From Mytilus trossulus (taxonomy: Eukaryota), in contig NC_086385.1 of assembly GCF_036588685.1 (NCBI RefSeq), forward strand, positions 47,577,216 through 47,641,215: a stretch of DNA of 64,000 nt. Direction: 5' to 3'. Shown here piece by piece: positions 40,619-53,140 of this stretch (position 1 is the first letter of the stretch; every line of letters starts with the position of its first letter). Made by a program: the position numbers and the translations under genes. The notes under the pieces were generated by a model. That model was given only the letters and a program-made list of their open reading frames with translations, was not told where the DNA came from and did no database searches.

Positions 40619-43185
40619 ATTCTTCTATTAAGTAAGAATTAGGTTAGCATATAATGAACATCAACAGGACAAAAATAAATGACATTTGATTCGAAGGATC
40701 CATGTTATGAACATAATTCTGTGAGAATTTGCCTCTATGTGAACATTAATTGAATAAAACAATAACGGTTTCTACCTCACTGTAGTGGCAGTGTTTTCTT
40801 GGTTTTGTTTTAGCGGAAATGAGGTTGTCTGTGTATCGTTCTACTAGACGGAGGCAGCTGTTTTAACATAAATACGTTCCCGTCGATGTTTTTGTTTTTT
40901 TACAAAATATGATAAGTCAATTTACAGACTTCCGTTGAAACAATTTATTTTGCTACAGTATGTTATTGCATCTTTACTTTTTTGTTCTATCTGTTAAATA
41001 TTGTTTTCTTAATTCAATATTTTTCTGATGTAGTATTTTGTTTATTTTATTTTCAAAATAAAATTATTTATAAGTTAAATGGCAGTTAGATTTAAACCTT
41101 TGTATATATCCGTTTTTAAATTAAAATTTTGTAACAATAATTAAACAGTACAGTTTTGAATCTAAACTGTGTAATAATAATTAAACAGTACAATATGTGA
41201 AAGCTCTGACTTATAGAAACATACAGCATGTCATATACAGCATGTACTACCTAATATTTGTTTACTTACGATAAAAGCATTGAATGTTTGGTTTCAGATG
41301 ACATTGGTCACACACAAGGATAGCCATTAATGTTTGTATATGTGTGTATCTCACCTTAACCCATATATGATGAAGGGTTTCTCGAAATATTCATACCCAT
41401 GCAGTTAAAACATGAAAAATGGTCAAAAATGGTGGACCTTACTTTTGTTCAGCACTGCTAATTATATTCAATATGCAAACCTCAAAATTGTATTGAGTTT
41501 AGAAATAGATGCATCTATAATGGTTTACTTTTTCAAATTGTTTTTTGGTTGGAGAGTTGTGTCATTGTCACTTACACCACATTTTCCTATATCTATCTAA
41601 ACTTAATTTGCCATAACAAAGAGGCGAAATAGACCAGAAGGACATTCAAACTCATAAGTAGAAAAAAAAATGTCAAAAAAGACAAACAGGCAAATAATAA
41701 TACACAAAACAATACATTTACAGAAAACTAAATGCTAAACAACAACCCCACCATAAACTTGGTGTGATCTCAGGTCTTCTGGAATAGTTATTATAATATT
41801 ACCAATTTCGGAAATTGTGCGATTCTTAAAATATGACACACAAAAAGGACTGACGAGGTTTGTGACTTAAACTTAAACTTAGGTATTGTAATTATAATAT
41901 ATTTTCCCTCTTTTTTCGAGGTCGATCAATCGTATGAATATACTTCAATATCTTTTTTTTACGTAAGATTTTTTTTAAAGACCTTGTGAAGAGGTTAAAC
42001 ACTTAGTCTAAGATCAGATTGCAGTCAACAACATTTTAATTTATTTTTATATTATTTGGACAGTTTGTGGCACACTTCAGACGTCAAACTGGTGTGTATG
42101 GTATGGAAGACATATTACCCCAATTATATCAGATGCATTTGCTAAAAGGACACTTTGTTCTAATAATGAAAGTGTCTGCTATTATTTTCATACCGATGTC
42201 CGAACAATTTGACAAAATAGTTAAAGCACATAATACGGTAAAAAATATATTGCCCAGAAATACAAAATACACACAAAAATGTAAATTCAGTCGTATCAAG
42301 AAAAAGAACAGCTAGAAAAATACGAATTTATTTTTTAAGCTGTTCTTATTTCTTCATATGACTGATTTTTGTTTTTGTTTTTTTGTTTGTTAATAAATTC
42401 AATTTGAAAATCATTTTTCTATGAGTAGAACAAATAATCAACAAAATCGACACCCATGCAAAACAACAACAATAAACAGTCAAACATTACTTTTGGACAC
42501 ATATTGCTAAAAAAAACTGCGTCTCAAAACTCTTGGTCGATAAATCTACTTAATGGTTGACTGCTTATAAGAGTTGTAAAAAATGACTTTTAAAACATAT
42601 GAAATATCAAAAGAGTTGTCTTCCTAAATCTTTGATTACTACTTTCGGAGGGAAATTCTGATCTAGATAATTAAATAACTTGTTTAGTTTTATCTGTTAA
42701 ACTTATGAGGACAGAATTTCCTTTCGGGTTATGCAAAATCGAACAATCCAAAGGTAAAATTACCAAAAAATTGAACACCGAGGAAATTCAAAAAGGAAAG
42801 TCCATAATCAAATGGCAGTATCAAAAGCTGTAATATTCCTGACTTGGTACAGTTAGCTAACGAGTTTTAAAAAAGCTATCTGTTAACCAGTTCAAGCAGA
42901 GTATTTATTTCAGTTTGTATCTACAATAAACTGTCTAACCGGAAATTCTAACATACGACCTAAATATAGATTTTTTTAAAATAAATTATCTTTATTCCGT
43001 TCAAAGTCAAAATAATTTTAAACTTTGCCCACTAAATTAAAATTACAAAGTGAAAGATAACAAATAAAGAGTTGAGAACAAAGATGATATTTTTTTCGGT
43101 GTTGTAACGACACTTTAAAGCACCGCATCTAAATTTAGCCCTAGTATCTATGATGAGTTTATTTAGACTATTTCACGGCAATCAG

Positions 43186-43340
43186 TTTTGAAGCAGGAGT
43201 GCACGGAGAAAACCACCGACCTTCGATAGGAAAACTGACAATCCTAGTCAATTAAGCGGGGTTCGAACTAACAACCTCTGTGTTGACTGGCTAGTGATTA
43301 CAGTAGGAACTACTTAGACCACTCGACCACCGAGGTCTCT
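43186..43340 (-). mobile_element. tRNA-derived SINE fragment
   Basis: Minus strand has an A-box (tggtcgagtggt), a B-box (gttcgaaccc) and a downstream ggtcggtggttttctccg core typical of mollusc SINEs. Confidence 0.65.
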
Positions 43341-43630
43341 GAGAAAAAAGAAATGATAAAATGCACGTCATATAATTTCCATGCAAACACGAACTTCTTA
43401 AAAACAAATCTTTTACTATTTTTGTTATTATATTTCAATGTCATATTTCTGAAATACTAAAGAAAATAATGGATTAATCCTGGTTTAAAGCTAGTTAATT
43501 CGTTTGCAACTAAGAAAGCGAAGAAACAAAAACGAAATAAAGATATAAGTCGAGTCATATCAATACAATAGTCTATAAAACTCTGAAAGTTATTAAACAC
43601 TGCTTTACAACTGATGGGCAAACTTGACAA

Positions 43631-44515
43631 TAGTTATCAAAGGTACCAGGATTATAATTTAGTACGCCAGACGCGCGTTTCGTCTACATAAAACTCATCC
43701 GTGACGCTAATATCGAATAATTTATAAAGCCAAACAAGAACAAAGTTGAAGAGCATTTAAAATCCAAAAGGTTGTGCCAAATACGTCGTAGGTAAATAAA
43801 GGCAACAGTAGTATACCGCTGTTCAAAACTCATAAATCCGGGGACAAAAAACAAAATCGGGGTAACAAACTAAAACCGAGGGAAACGCATTAAATATAAG
43901 AGGAGAACAACGACACAACACCGAAACGCAACACACAGAAACGGACCAAGCATCAGACAAAACACCACGAGAATAACAAATATAACATCAAAACCAAATA
44001 CATGAATTTGTGATAGACAAGTACCGTGCCACGTCTTATCTCAATATCTCAAAAATAAGAGAAAACACAAACTACTCAACGTTAAAATGCAACACACACA
44101 GAAACGAACAAAAATATAACAATGGCCATCTGCCTGACTTGGTACAGGACACTTTTAAAGGGGAATAAAAGTGGTGGGTTGAACCTGGTTTTGTAGCATG
44201 CCAAACCTTGCACTTTAATGGCAAAGTTAAATATAACATTGAAATGACAACATAATGTTACAAGACTACAATACAAATAAATAGGAGAACATAATAGACA
44301 AAGAAAAACATGATCAATAGATAACAAAAAGCATCAGGTTTAAAATAATGTTAATGTTCAATTTTAATGTAATCTTTGCCTGGGATAAGAAAATCCTTAC
44401 TTTTTCGAAAAAATTCAAAGTTTTATAAACACAAAATTTATAAAAATGACCACATTATTGATATTTATGTCAACATCGAAGTGTTGACTACTGGGCTGGT
44501 GATGCCCTCGTGAAA
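43631..44515 (-). mobile_element. Retrozyme-like family 1 unit interrupted by another dispersed repeat (about 43795-44345)
   Basis: Hammerhead at 43664-43707 with the core mutated to CGGATGA. Flanking segments match 12070-12240, 14560-14740, 28970-29098 and 63490-63665. Confidence 0.6.
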
Positions 44516-44728
44516 GGAAATAAACAGCGGTTCATCCAACCTTTTGAGCTAAAAGAAATTGACATCACCATGTCCATCAGGTAAAAAGACAAGGGGTTTG
44601 CTTATTTAGATTGTTAATTAGATTTGTACTTAAATGAGTAACAAGTGATTGAAGCTCTTGGAGGCAATTGTCAGCAATGCTCTTTAACTTCGTACTTAAT
44701 TTGGCCTTTTTAACTTTCTTGGCTTCGA

Positions 44729-44772
44729 GCGTCACTGATGAGGGTTTTGTTGACGAAACGCGCGTCTGGCGT
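44729..44772 (+). ncRNA. Minimal type I hammerhead motif with disrupted stem II
   Basis: gcgtca-CTGATGA-gggttttgttgac-GAAA-cGCGCg-TC-tggcgt. Confidence 0.6.
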
Positions 44773-45272
44773 ATATACAAAACTTAGTCCTGGTATCTAT
44801 GATGAGTTTATCACAGATCTCAAAAATTGCTTCACAAAACACAAATACAGGTAAAAACAAGGGTTATTTAATGATTTGACCGTCAAGTGTCAGCGATATC
44901 AATCAGATAAAGATCATTATTTTAGCGAGCAAAATAATTGTTTTTGTTATAGCTGAACCCACTAAAACCTGATATATACTATCATAGCAGCGAATATGTT
45001 ATGTTAATATACCCTTTCATCGTTATCTACCTTCAATTTTAAACGAAGGAAATAAAACATCACGAAAATTTCTATAATCCAATAAATCTGGAAACAAACA
45101 TCACGCTTTGTCTATGTGGGAGCTGCAATTATAACACGACATGTATATATGGTTACAACTACCATCATAATATTATAAATTTATGATGCTCCCAAAAGAT
45201 TTGTTTACAAAAACAGATAAATAAAAGGTATAATCAAAAACTGATTATATACTTTATGCCTTTCTAGCGAAC

Positions 45273-45506
45273 ATGAAGATTCTTATATGCGTTCTCTTCA
45301 TCGTTATGTTAAATGGACTCAATGCAGAAAATGAAATAACTCCTCGCTTAATGGTTAAGAGGACATGGGGGTTTAGAATATCATTCGCATGCCATTATAA
45401 AGGACGGTGGTTCTACATACCTGTTGGACTTGCTAGATTGCTATTACGTAAGAATTTTGTGAAGCACATTACAAATAAAGACAGGACACAAATTATTGAC
45501 ATTTGA
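45273..45506 (+). CDS. Secreted cationic prepropeptide family B, copy B2 (77 aa)
   Basis: MKILICVLFIVMLNGLNA-ENEITPRLMVKR-TWGFRISFACHYKGRWFYIPVGLARLLLRKNFVKHITNKDRTQIIDI. Signal-like N-terminus, dibasic site, mature part about +7. Same length as B4 and B5. Confidence 0.78.
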   Translation: MKILICVLFIVMLNGLNAENEITPRLMVKRTWGFRISFACHYKGRWFYIPVGLARLLLRKNFVKHITNKDRTQIIDI

Positions 45507-46659
45507 TTTTGAGGATCCATGTTATGAACAGACTTTTTGTGATAGTCTGTGTGAACATTTATCAAATAAATGAAAACTGATTCTACATTAACGTGATGAA
45601 AGGATACTGTTTTGGATGAAACGAGGACTTTGTGTTTGCTGTAATACTAGTTGGAGCAAGCTTTTTCAACCGGAATGAGTTCTCTGAGAAGTTCCTTATT
45701 CACAAAATATGATTGAGGTCAATTTACAGATTTACGTTGACACAATTCGCTATTCTACAGTATGTGCCCACTTTGCATTTATTCATGTTTTTTTTATATA
45801 TATCATTGTGTTTTTCTTTTTATTTTTACTATAAAAGTATTTATGGATTAAATGACAGTTACATTCGAACCTTAATTGATATACTTTCATCTTTTCATAT
45901 TTTTAAATTACCATTTTTGAACAGTACAAAGTGTACAAGTTCTGATTTATAACAAAAGACATTATGTTATATACAACGTTACTATTGTTCACACTCACTG
46001 TTGAATATGCAACAGTAGTATAACACCAATCCATGTATCAAACCTAACCAGGGGAACCACATCCACGATAAGAGGAAAACAGAAACAATGAACTGCTGCA
46101 AAAACAAACACATATAAACATAGACTATTTGATAACACTTACTACCATTATCTTGACTTCGTGCAGGATATTTTAAACTAAAATAATGAGTTGAACCTGA
46201 TGTCTTAGCTAGTCGGACCTCCCGCTTACTAGTATATGGCAATGTTGTCAATAATGTTAATATGACAACATAAGGTGACAGAAGTACCGTACAAATAAAC
46301 GAAAGAACACATAGGACAGACCAATACATAAATTGATATAATAATAGTACATAACAACATGGTAATAACAAAACAGCAACGGGTACCTTCCATTGAAATA
46401 CGAAAGTACACCAGTAGACAACAATAGAACTATGAACTGTGCGTCACAAGGTTATATCAATGCCACAAAACGTGACTTCACAGGTAAATTTCTAGAAATA
46501 GAAAATTAAATTATGATTAAGTTTGCAATTGTGTTATTTTATGACTTTGCTGACCAATACACGAATATTAATATTTAAACCATTATCGTGATGTCAGCTA
46601 ATTCATTTGCCATTGATTCTTTTTCTGGAATCAACACTTCCTGAACGTATCGTTAATAA

Positions 46660-48365
46660 ACCTACCAAATTGTATTCAATTGTTTCTTTTGTGTGCCTTT
46701 TTCAGTAAGTTTGAGTTAGCTAAATTACTGATTTCTGTTCACTAATGAAATTGATTAAAAATTACCTTCATTTTTATCTTATTTTCGTATGCCATAACTG
46801 GAAATCGAACCCCTCCGTCAAATCTGTTATATGTGACTGACATCAACACATCTATTTTTTTCTCTTTCTAAAATTTTATTCAAATATGTACAATCACAAT
46901 TCACCAGACAGTACCTGGTGTCACAAACAGTCAGTTACAATAAACAAGTTTAATTTAAAATTATTACAATATCTCTTCATGGTTATCTGGAATTTGATAA
47001 CGTGAGAGATGTATTTTCCTAACAATGGTTTAAAGTAGTCTACTTAATTGAGGTTCAACGATACGAAGTTTCTTCTTTTATGTATACCAAATCCTGATAT
47101 ACTCATATTAAAATTAGCGAAATAAAAATTAAAATCGTTACTTCTCTTAAAAAAACATAACCATCGCTTGGTTAAACTCAGGTGTTTTACAAAGGTGTCA
47201 TCAGCATTACATTTAAAGGTTATTAAAAAATTCCTCAAAAAATCATTGTGACAGATTGGCACAATTAAAAAACATATGTTCTAAATTTTCTCAAGATTGT
47301 GCACAAACTGGACAAGTGTCATTATCAGACACGTTACATTTTAAAATTTAAAATTTTGTAAACAAAGTTCTATTAAGTACTTGCAAATTGATTGTCCTGC
47401 ATTCGAAACGCAAGATATGTAAATTTGAAAAAAATATAACACTTTGAATATTTTAATTCTGCATACTTTCAGATATAATAAGATTCTGAAAACAGGCGAT
47501 TTTCCAACAAGTTTTATTTGGAAATTATAAAATGTTCGAGTACTTTGTGGCATAGGAACTTCTTTATCTTCAACGGAAAAAAAGCAATCTGAAGTTATTT
47601 CAAAATTCTTAGAAACTGGATTAACATTTTTATTGATAAAATGTACCCATTCAAAAGGCAAACTGACAAGCACATTTTTATAAAATTTTCAGAAATCATC
47701 ATATTTCAAATCAGCATCTTTCTCAGATGAAATTTCATGGATTGCAATACATTTAAAAAAAACAGGAATTACTTCATAGGTTAAATGTTTTACTTTCGAC
47801 ACTAGGGTTAAAAAATATGGGTGGTATCTCTTCAATATTATTTAGCTAAGCTTCAAGGGCAACATTTTGTTCCATGCAAGAAACATTTCACTCACAAAAA
47901 GGGAAGCTTTGTATAAGAGGACTGTTTCAATTCCCAAAGTAAATTTTTCGTATTTTCTCTTTTTGAAAAGAAGTATATACAAATGTTTTTCCACATAACA
48001 AAAGAATCAGAACTCAACAGTCATCTAAGAAGTTTTAACCTTAAGGCAAACATTTTTAGCATTATGTCCTGAAAATGCAAACCACCTTTAGATTTTTCTG
48101 AAACTAATTATTTCATATGCATGATTTAAGCAACTGAAGCACCACTGTAGATTTTAAAAATATCTCAAACAATGAAAATATACTTCCATTTTGCTAAGGA
48201 ACAAGTTGTGTCATCTGCATGCTCAAGTATAGAATAAATATTTCTGCAAGGTATTTTTATACCAGTAATTTTTATATTTTATAGAATTGCTTGTCCTTAT
48301 GTTTCTGAAACAATAATGTATATTATCGAACTCAAAGGATATCCTTGTTATATTCCGTTATTAAA
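46660..48365 (-). mobile_element. Degenerate L1/Tx1-clade LINE (RT and C-terminal region)
   Basis: Minus-strand relics QGYPLSSIIYIIVSET..NIKITGIKIP..HADDTT (about 48205-48350) and CPVC..ENLEHMFFNC (about 47260-47320). Many stops and frameshifts. Confidence 0.7.
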
Positions 48366-48551
48366 GCTATACATCCATGGAACCTCACGGCTACCAATGT
48401 GTTGTATTAATATCTCTATTGTATTAATACATCGGTACAACGGACACACCTTTATATATACATACTAGACAATTGTTTAGGAAAAGTTGGTAGTCGCCAA
48501 ATTAACGTGGTTAAGATGATTCAAACTAAATGTAGACAATTGTTGGTTTAA

Positions 48552-49120
48552 AGTCATAAGAAACCTCAAATCAAAAAAAATAATGCATATGTTTTTATAA
48601 CTCAATGGATAGTTTTCATTATAAAACTTATGTACATATACTTTTTTCTGAAGAAAATTCTTTAATTTATTCATATTTAGAAGAAGTTTACCATATTTTA
48701 ATTGCTTGCTTCCAGCAACCAATTCCCCGACATATTTTCCGTATGCAAAGTGACCTCAGTGTAACCCATCTCGTAAAACTCCGGTGATCACAATACGCAT
48801 GGATGTCCTTAAAATAAACTATTATCTGAATGCACATGTTAAACACGTGCTCTCTTTCCATGCTTTTTGTGTATTTTTTGTCGATTGTTGACAAACAGGT
48901 GACCATCGTTTAACTTCGGCTTCAAAACACGAACTTTAATTACCTGCCATATTTTCACAACAACACTGACAGATTGAAAAAAAAATTTGACGATTATACG
49001 GAATTTACACGAAAAAAATGATAAATTCGTGCACAGAAGACTAAGTTTATGATGTGTGTATGCATTGGTTCAAGAATTGGAAGAACATAATTTTTCACCG
49101 GTCACTCGTTTCTTATGACT
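48552..49120. mobile_element. Kolobok-type non-autonomous DNA transposon
   Basis: Perfect 13-bp TIR agtcataagaaac / gtttcttatgact, flanked by TTAA on both sides (48548-48551, 49121-49124). AG...CT termini. Confidence 0.8.
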
Positions 49121-49227
49121 TTAAGTTTGAATACCTGTATTCTTTTTGATACATCTTTTCTTTAGTTTTTCATTTTTCTAATGTTGTTATGTTTTTGCGG
49201 ATAAATTTGTAAAAATAGCTGGTTATC

Positions 49228-49312
49228 AATTTACAGATCGGCGTTGATACAACTTTTTATCCTACAGTATGTAATTGTCCGCTTTACTTTTTTGTTCTTT
49301 ATCTAATATTGT
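49228..49312 (+). repeat. Orphan copy of the family-B 3' flank
   Basis: caatttacagatcggcgttgatacaac..ctacagtatgtaattg..ctttacttttttgttct matches 40918-40995 and the equivalent flanks of B2, B4 and B5. Confidence 0.65.
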
Positions 49313-50686
49313 GTAACCACGTTTGGTATAGTATTTTTTTTCTTAATTCTATTTTCAAAGTAAAAGTATCAATAAGATAAATGCACGTGTTTTGTTCTTT
49401 AAATGAAAAATACATAACTTCTAGTGTAAGTCTTTTGTTTAGGAGTATGTTATCAAACTTGCAATTCCATGAAATTAAACTGAGCAATTTAAGTAAAAAT
49501 TTGATGAAACATAATGACCAGTACAAGTATAACATGCTCTGTCTTAACTAAATTTGCAATTTTTACATTGTCAATATGAAGTTACAAACACAGCCTCAAT
49601 TTCCTAGAATATCAAAAATTCATCAGTACATTCATAAAGGCACGAAGGAAGCAAATGGAGGACAAAATATACCAAGAGAACAATCAAAAACCATTAGTCG
49701 AATAGTATCATGGTAAAAAAGCACAAACAATAGTCTATAAAACAATATCTAAAAACTAAGCAAAGCGAACACTGACAAATCGGAGTTGATAATAAATGCT
49801 CCTGAAAGTAATAAGGCACTAACTGTGTTGATAATGCGAAGCAAACAAATATTTGCAGTCGCATTAAGTGACATATATGTGCCTGTTCCAAATCATGAAC
49901 CTTTATAAGTTAAGTGGTTGTTTATTTGTTACATATTAGTTGTTCAATCCTTTTTTTATATCAATAAGATGGTTAGTTTTCTCGTTTGAATTGTTTTATA
50001 TTGTCATTTCGGGGCCTTTTATAGCTGACGATACTATATGGGCTTTGCTCATTGTTGACAGCCGTACGGTGATCTAGTATCGTTTTTAATGTCTGTGTCA
50101 TTGTGGTCTCTTGTGGAGAGTTGTCTCATACCATGTTTGCATGTCTACGACAAAGGGAACGTATCCTTGGTCTTTATTGGTATAAATATTTCATGATTGA
50201 CATCAAAATCATGACGACGTCCGTGATACATTCTTAGTGATAACTTTTATCATTAGGACCCCTTGTTTAGATACATTTCCCTTAAGTAAGGGACAGTCAA
50301 CTGGCAGAGATATCGACTAGTTGGTGTAAAGATCATGATTATTTCTGCGAACATAATACGTGTTTTTTTAGAACTCTACTCACAAATTACGGAAATTAAA
50401 AAATATCATAGCATATATGTTAATTAAAATCATATAGTGTTTCGTCATATTCTATCTTCAATTTTAAACGAAGGAAATAGAACCTCACAAACAGTTATAC
50501 ATACCAAAAATCTGAAAAACAATCACAGTTTGTTTGAATGAGAGATGCAATCAAAAACAGACAGGAGTACAATGTTACAAATTTATTCCTTAATCAAGTT
50601 GGTTCTAAAAATATTTGGTTGCAGACAAAGATACATATAAGTTAAAATCATTGATTTGTTAAGTTATTGTTGCCTTTCTAACAAAC

Positions 50687-50913
50687 ATGAAGTTTCATTT
50701 AGCTGTTCTCGTCATTATATTGTGTCATGGGCTCCATGCAAAAAGAAAACTATTCCTCATCTAATGGAAAAGAAAGCATGGGGATTCAGAGCACAATTAG
50801 CTTGTAATTATAATTGAAAATGGTACTCTATTCATGTACATGATGTAGGACTTACCAAATTATGTTACAGACATCCCAAATGTTATTGTTCTGTGAAAAG
50901 ATTTCGAAGATAA
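50687..50913 (+). pseudogene. Secreted peptide family B, copy B3 (4-Cys type), frameshift plus nonsense codon
   Basis: MKFHLAVLVIILCHGLHA.., a 1-nt deletion near 50740-50750, then PHLMEKK-AWGFRAQLACNYN*KWYSIHVHDVGLTKLCYRHPKCYCSVKRFRR*. TGA at 50815-50817 where B1, B2 and B5 have GGA. Confidence 0.8.
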
Positions 50914-52821
50914 ATGATATGTTCAGCAAAAATTCTGTTTCAAATATTATGTACATAAAAAAAAAGGGATTTTTTTTTTGACAATCAGATTTAGACCAAT
51001 TCAATTACTGGTGCACATTTGATTCTATGTGAACATTCATCAAATAAATATCAACGATTCCCACATGGACTGTATGACAGTGTATGTTGGTTTTTTTTTT
51101 TTAAATTAAAGGATATCAACGTAAATAGAAAAACGAAGGAAACAATACATATTCTATAGGCAACATTACTTTTTTTAAACCCAAATAACGCATAGCCGCT
51201 CATGTCTTCGATTTAAAAGTAAAATTTGGTAAATTATCTGGTAAACGAAACCAAGTTATAGACGGAAGAAATACCGAACCCTGAGATGTTTATTTCTGTA
51301 CTTTGAACACTATAATACCGTGCAACTAAAATCCAGTTCTTTATTTTCTGATACAATTCAACAGAACTAATTTTACTTGTTGGACAAATTTATTGTTCAT
51401 AAGTGGTTAACAGTCAGATATGAATCATGGAAGGACTTCCAAGTAAGAACAACGTTTCATGAAAAGAAGTTGTAATAAATATTATATACGCCCTGAACTG
51501 TATGAATTGTTACTAGATCAGTCATTTTTAATTATAACGTTTAATTATAATGGACTGAATAAGCATCGCTGCTTGACAGATAACTGTATGACTCGAACTA
51601 TATACTCTTCCTGCTCGTTTGAATATAAAGTATCTAAATACATTGTTCTACAAATAAGAGAGCCACGGTATACAAATCTGATTATAACATCGTCGAAACT
51701 GGTAACATCTTCAATACTGAAGTGTTTAAGTTCTGAACTGTTTTCAATAGTTTTACTGCACATTTGTCAACTGCAAAAAAAAAGTTGTACTAAATTAACC
51801 TATCATTAAAGAAGAAATGCATTTGTAACATTAAGTCATTTATAAATAATTATTGTACGGGATACAATCGAATTTGAACCGAGAAGTCATCGCTCTTTAC
51901 TAGAAAGGTGAAAGATACCAAATGGATAACTCAAAATCATAAGTTGAAAACAAAATGACAACGCCATGGCTTTGTTTGTCAGGTACCGGTGTATTCTATA
52001 CATTATGTTTGAACTACGACATTCTGTAATAGACCCTTTACGAGTTATCGTCTATTCAAATGTGATGTTTTTTGTCGGAAATTAGTATTATAGTATAAAA
52101 CCTTGTAAGACTAATGACCCCCCTCCCCATCCAATGACCTCCTAAATGATACTGCAACTGTCACAATTCACATTTAAAGTGTGTCATTGCTACACTAGAA
52201 AGGAATACATAAGTCATGTTTATGATTTTTTTTCAATGCCGTTATTCTACCCCGATTGATAAAAGAAAAATAGCAAGGAAAATAAAAAAACGGAAAGTCC
52301 TGTATCAATAGTCAAATCTAAATGCTCAAGCAAATGAAATGATTAGAAAACAACAATTGTCATATTCCTGACTTTGTACAGATTTTTCCTTTTGTAGGTA
52401 ATAATCGGCTAAATAAAGGCAACAGTAGTTTACAACTGTTTAATAGTCATTAATCGATTTAACTGAAAAAAAATGAGTCACAAACCAAAACCGAGGGAAA
52501 CACATCAACTGTAAGAGTAAAACAATGGAACAACAGAAACACTAAACTGTTACAAAACATGCGCTAACATACATATAGATACGGACTATTTGATAACAAC
52601 TGCCATATTCCTGGCAAAGGACATATCAAGACAAAATGTTGGTTTTACCTGGTGTTATGGCGACCAAAAGTCCGCTGATATGGCCATATTAAAGATACAG
52701 CAATAAGACAAACTAATAGTACAGTTCAGTGTTTTCCTCGGTTATTGAGGTTTTTGGTTTGTGACCCGGATTTGTTTTCGCTTCATCGGAAACACTGATA
52801 CTGAACGTTTGAAAATCCACC

Positions 52822-53140
52822 AATTTCTACATAAGAAAATCATTTCCACATAAGAAAATCATTTTCTACATAAGAAAATCATTTTCTACATAAGAAAATC
52901 ATTTTCTACATAAGAAAATCATTTTCTACATAAGAAAATCACTTTCTACATAAGGAAATCATTTTCTACATAAGAAAATCATTTTCCACATAAGAAAATC
53001 ATTTTCAACATAAGAAAATCATTTTCTACATAAGAAAATCATTTTCTACATCAAAAACTCATTTTCTACATAAGAAAATCATTTTCTACATAAGAAAATC
53101 ATTTTCTACATAAGAAAATCATTTTCTACATAAGAAAATG
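52822..53140. repeat. 20-bp minisatellite (attttctacataagaaaatc), about 16 units, internally palindromic
   Basis: Directly visible tandem array. Each unit contains ATTTTCT-acata-AGAAAAT. The array runs into the dispersed repeat tgtaccaagtcagg... Confidence 0.95.

Noticed and set aside
43255-43335. tRNA gene
   Set aside because: A and B boxes are present but there is no convincing cloverleaf, and it is followed by a SINE core.
50815-50817. In-frame TGA in B3 as selenocysteine or read-through
   Set aside because: It aligns with Gly (GGA) in paralogues, not Cys; the copy is also frameshifted and no SECIS was recognised.
52822-53140. CRISPR-like palindromic repeat array
   Set aside because: Units are directly adjacent with no unique spacers, there are no cas genes, and the context is eukaryotic.
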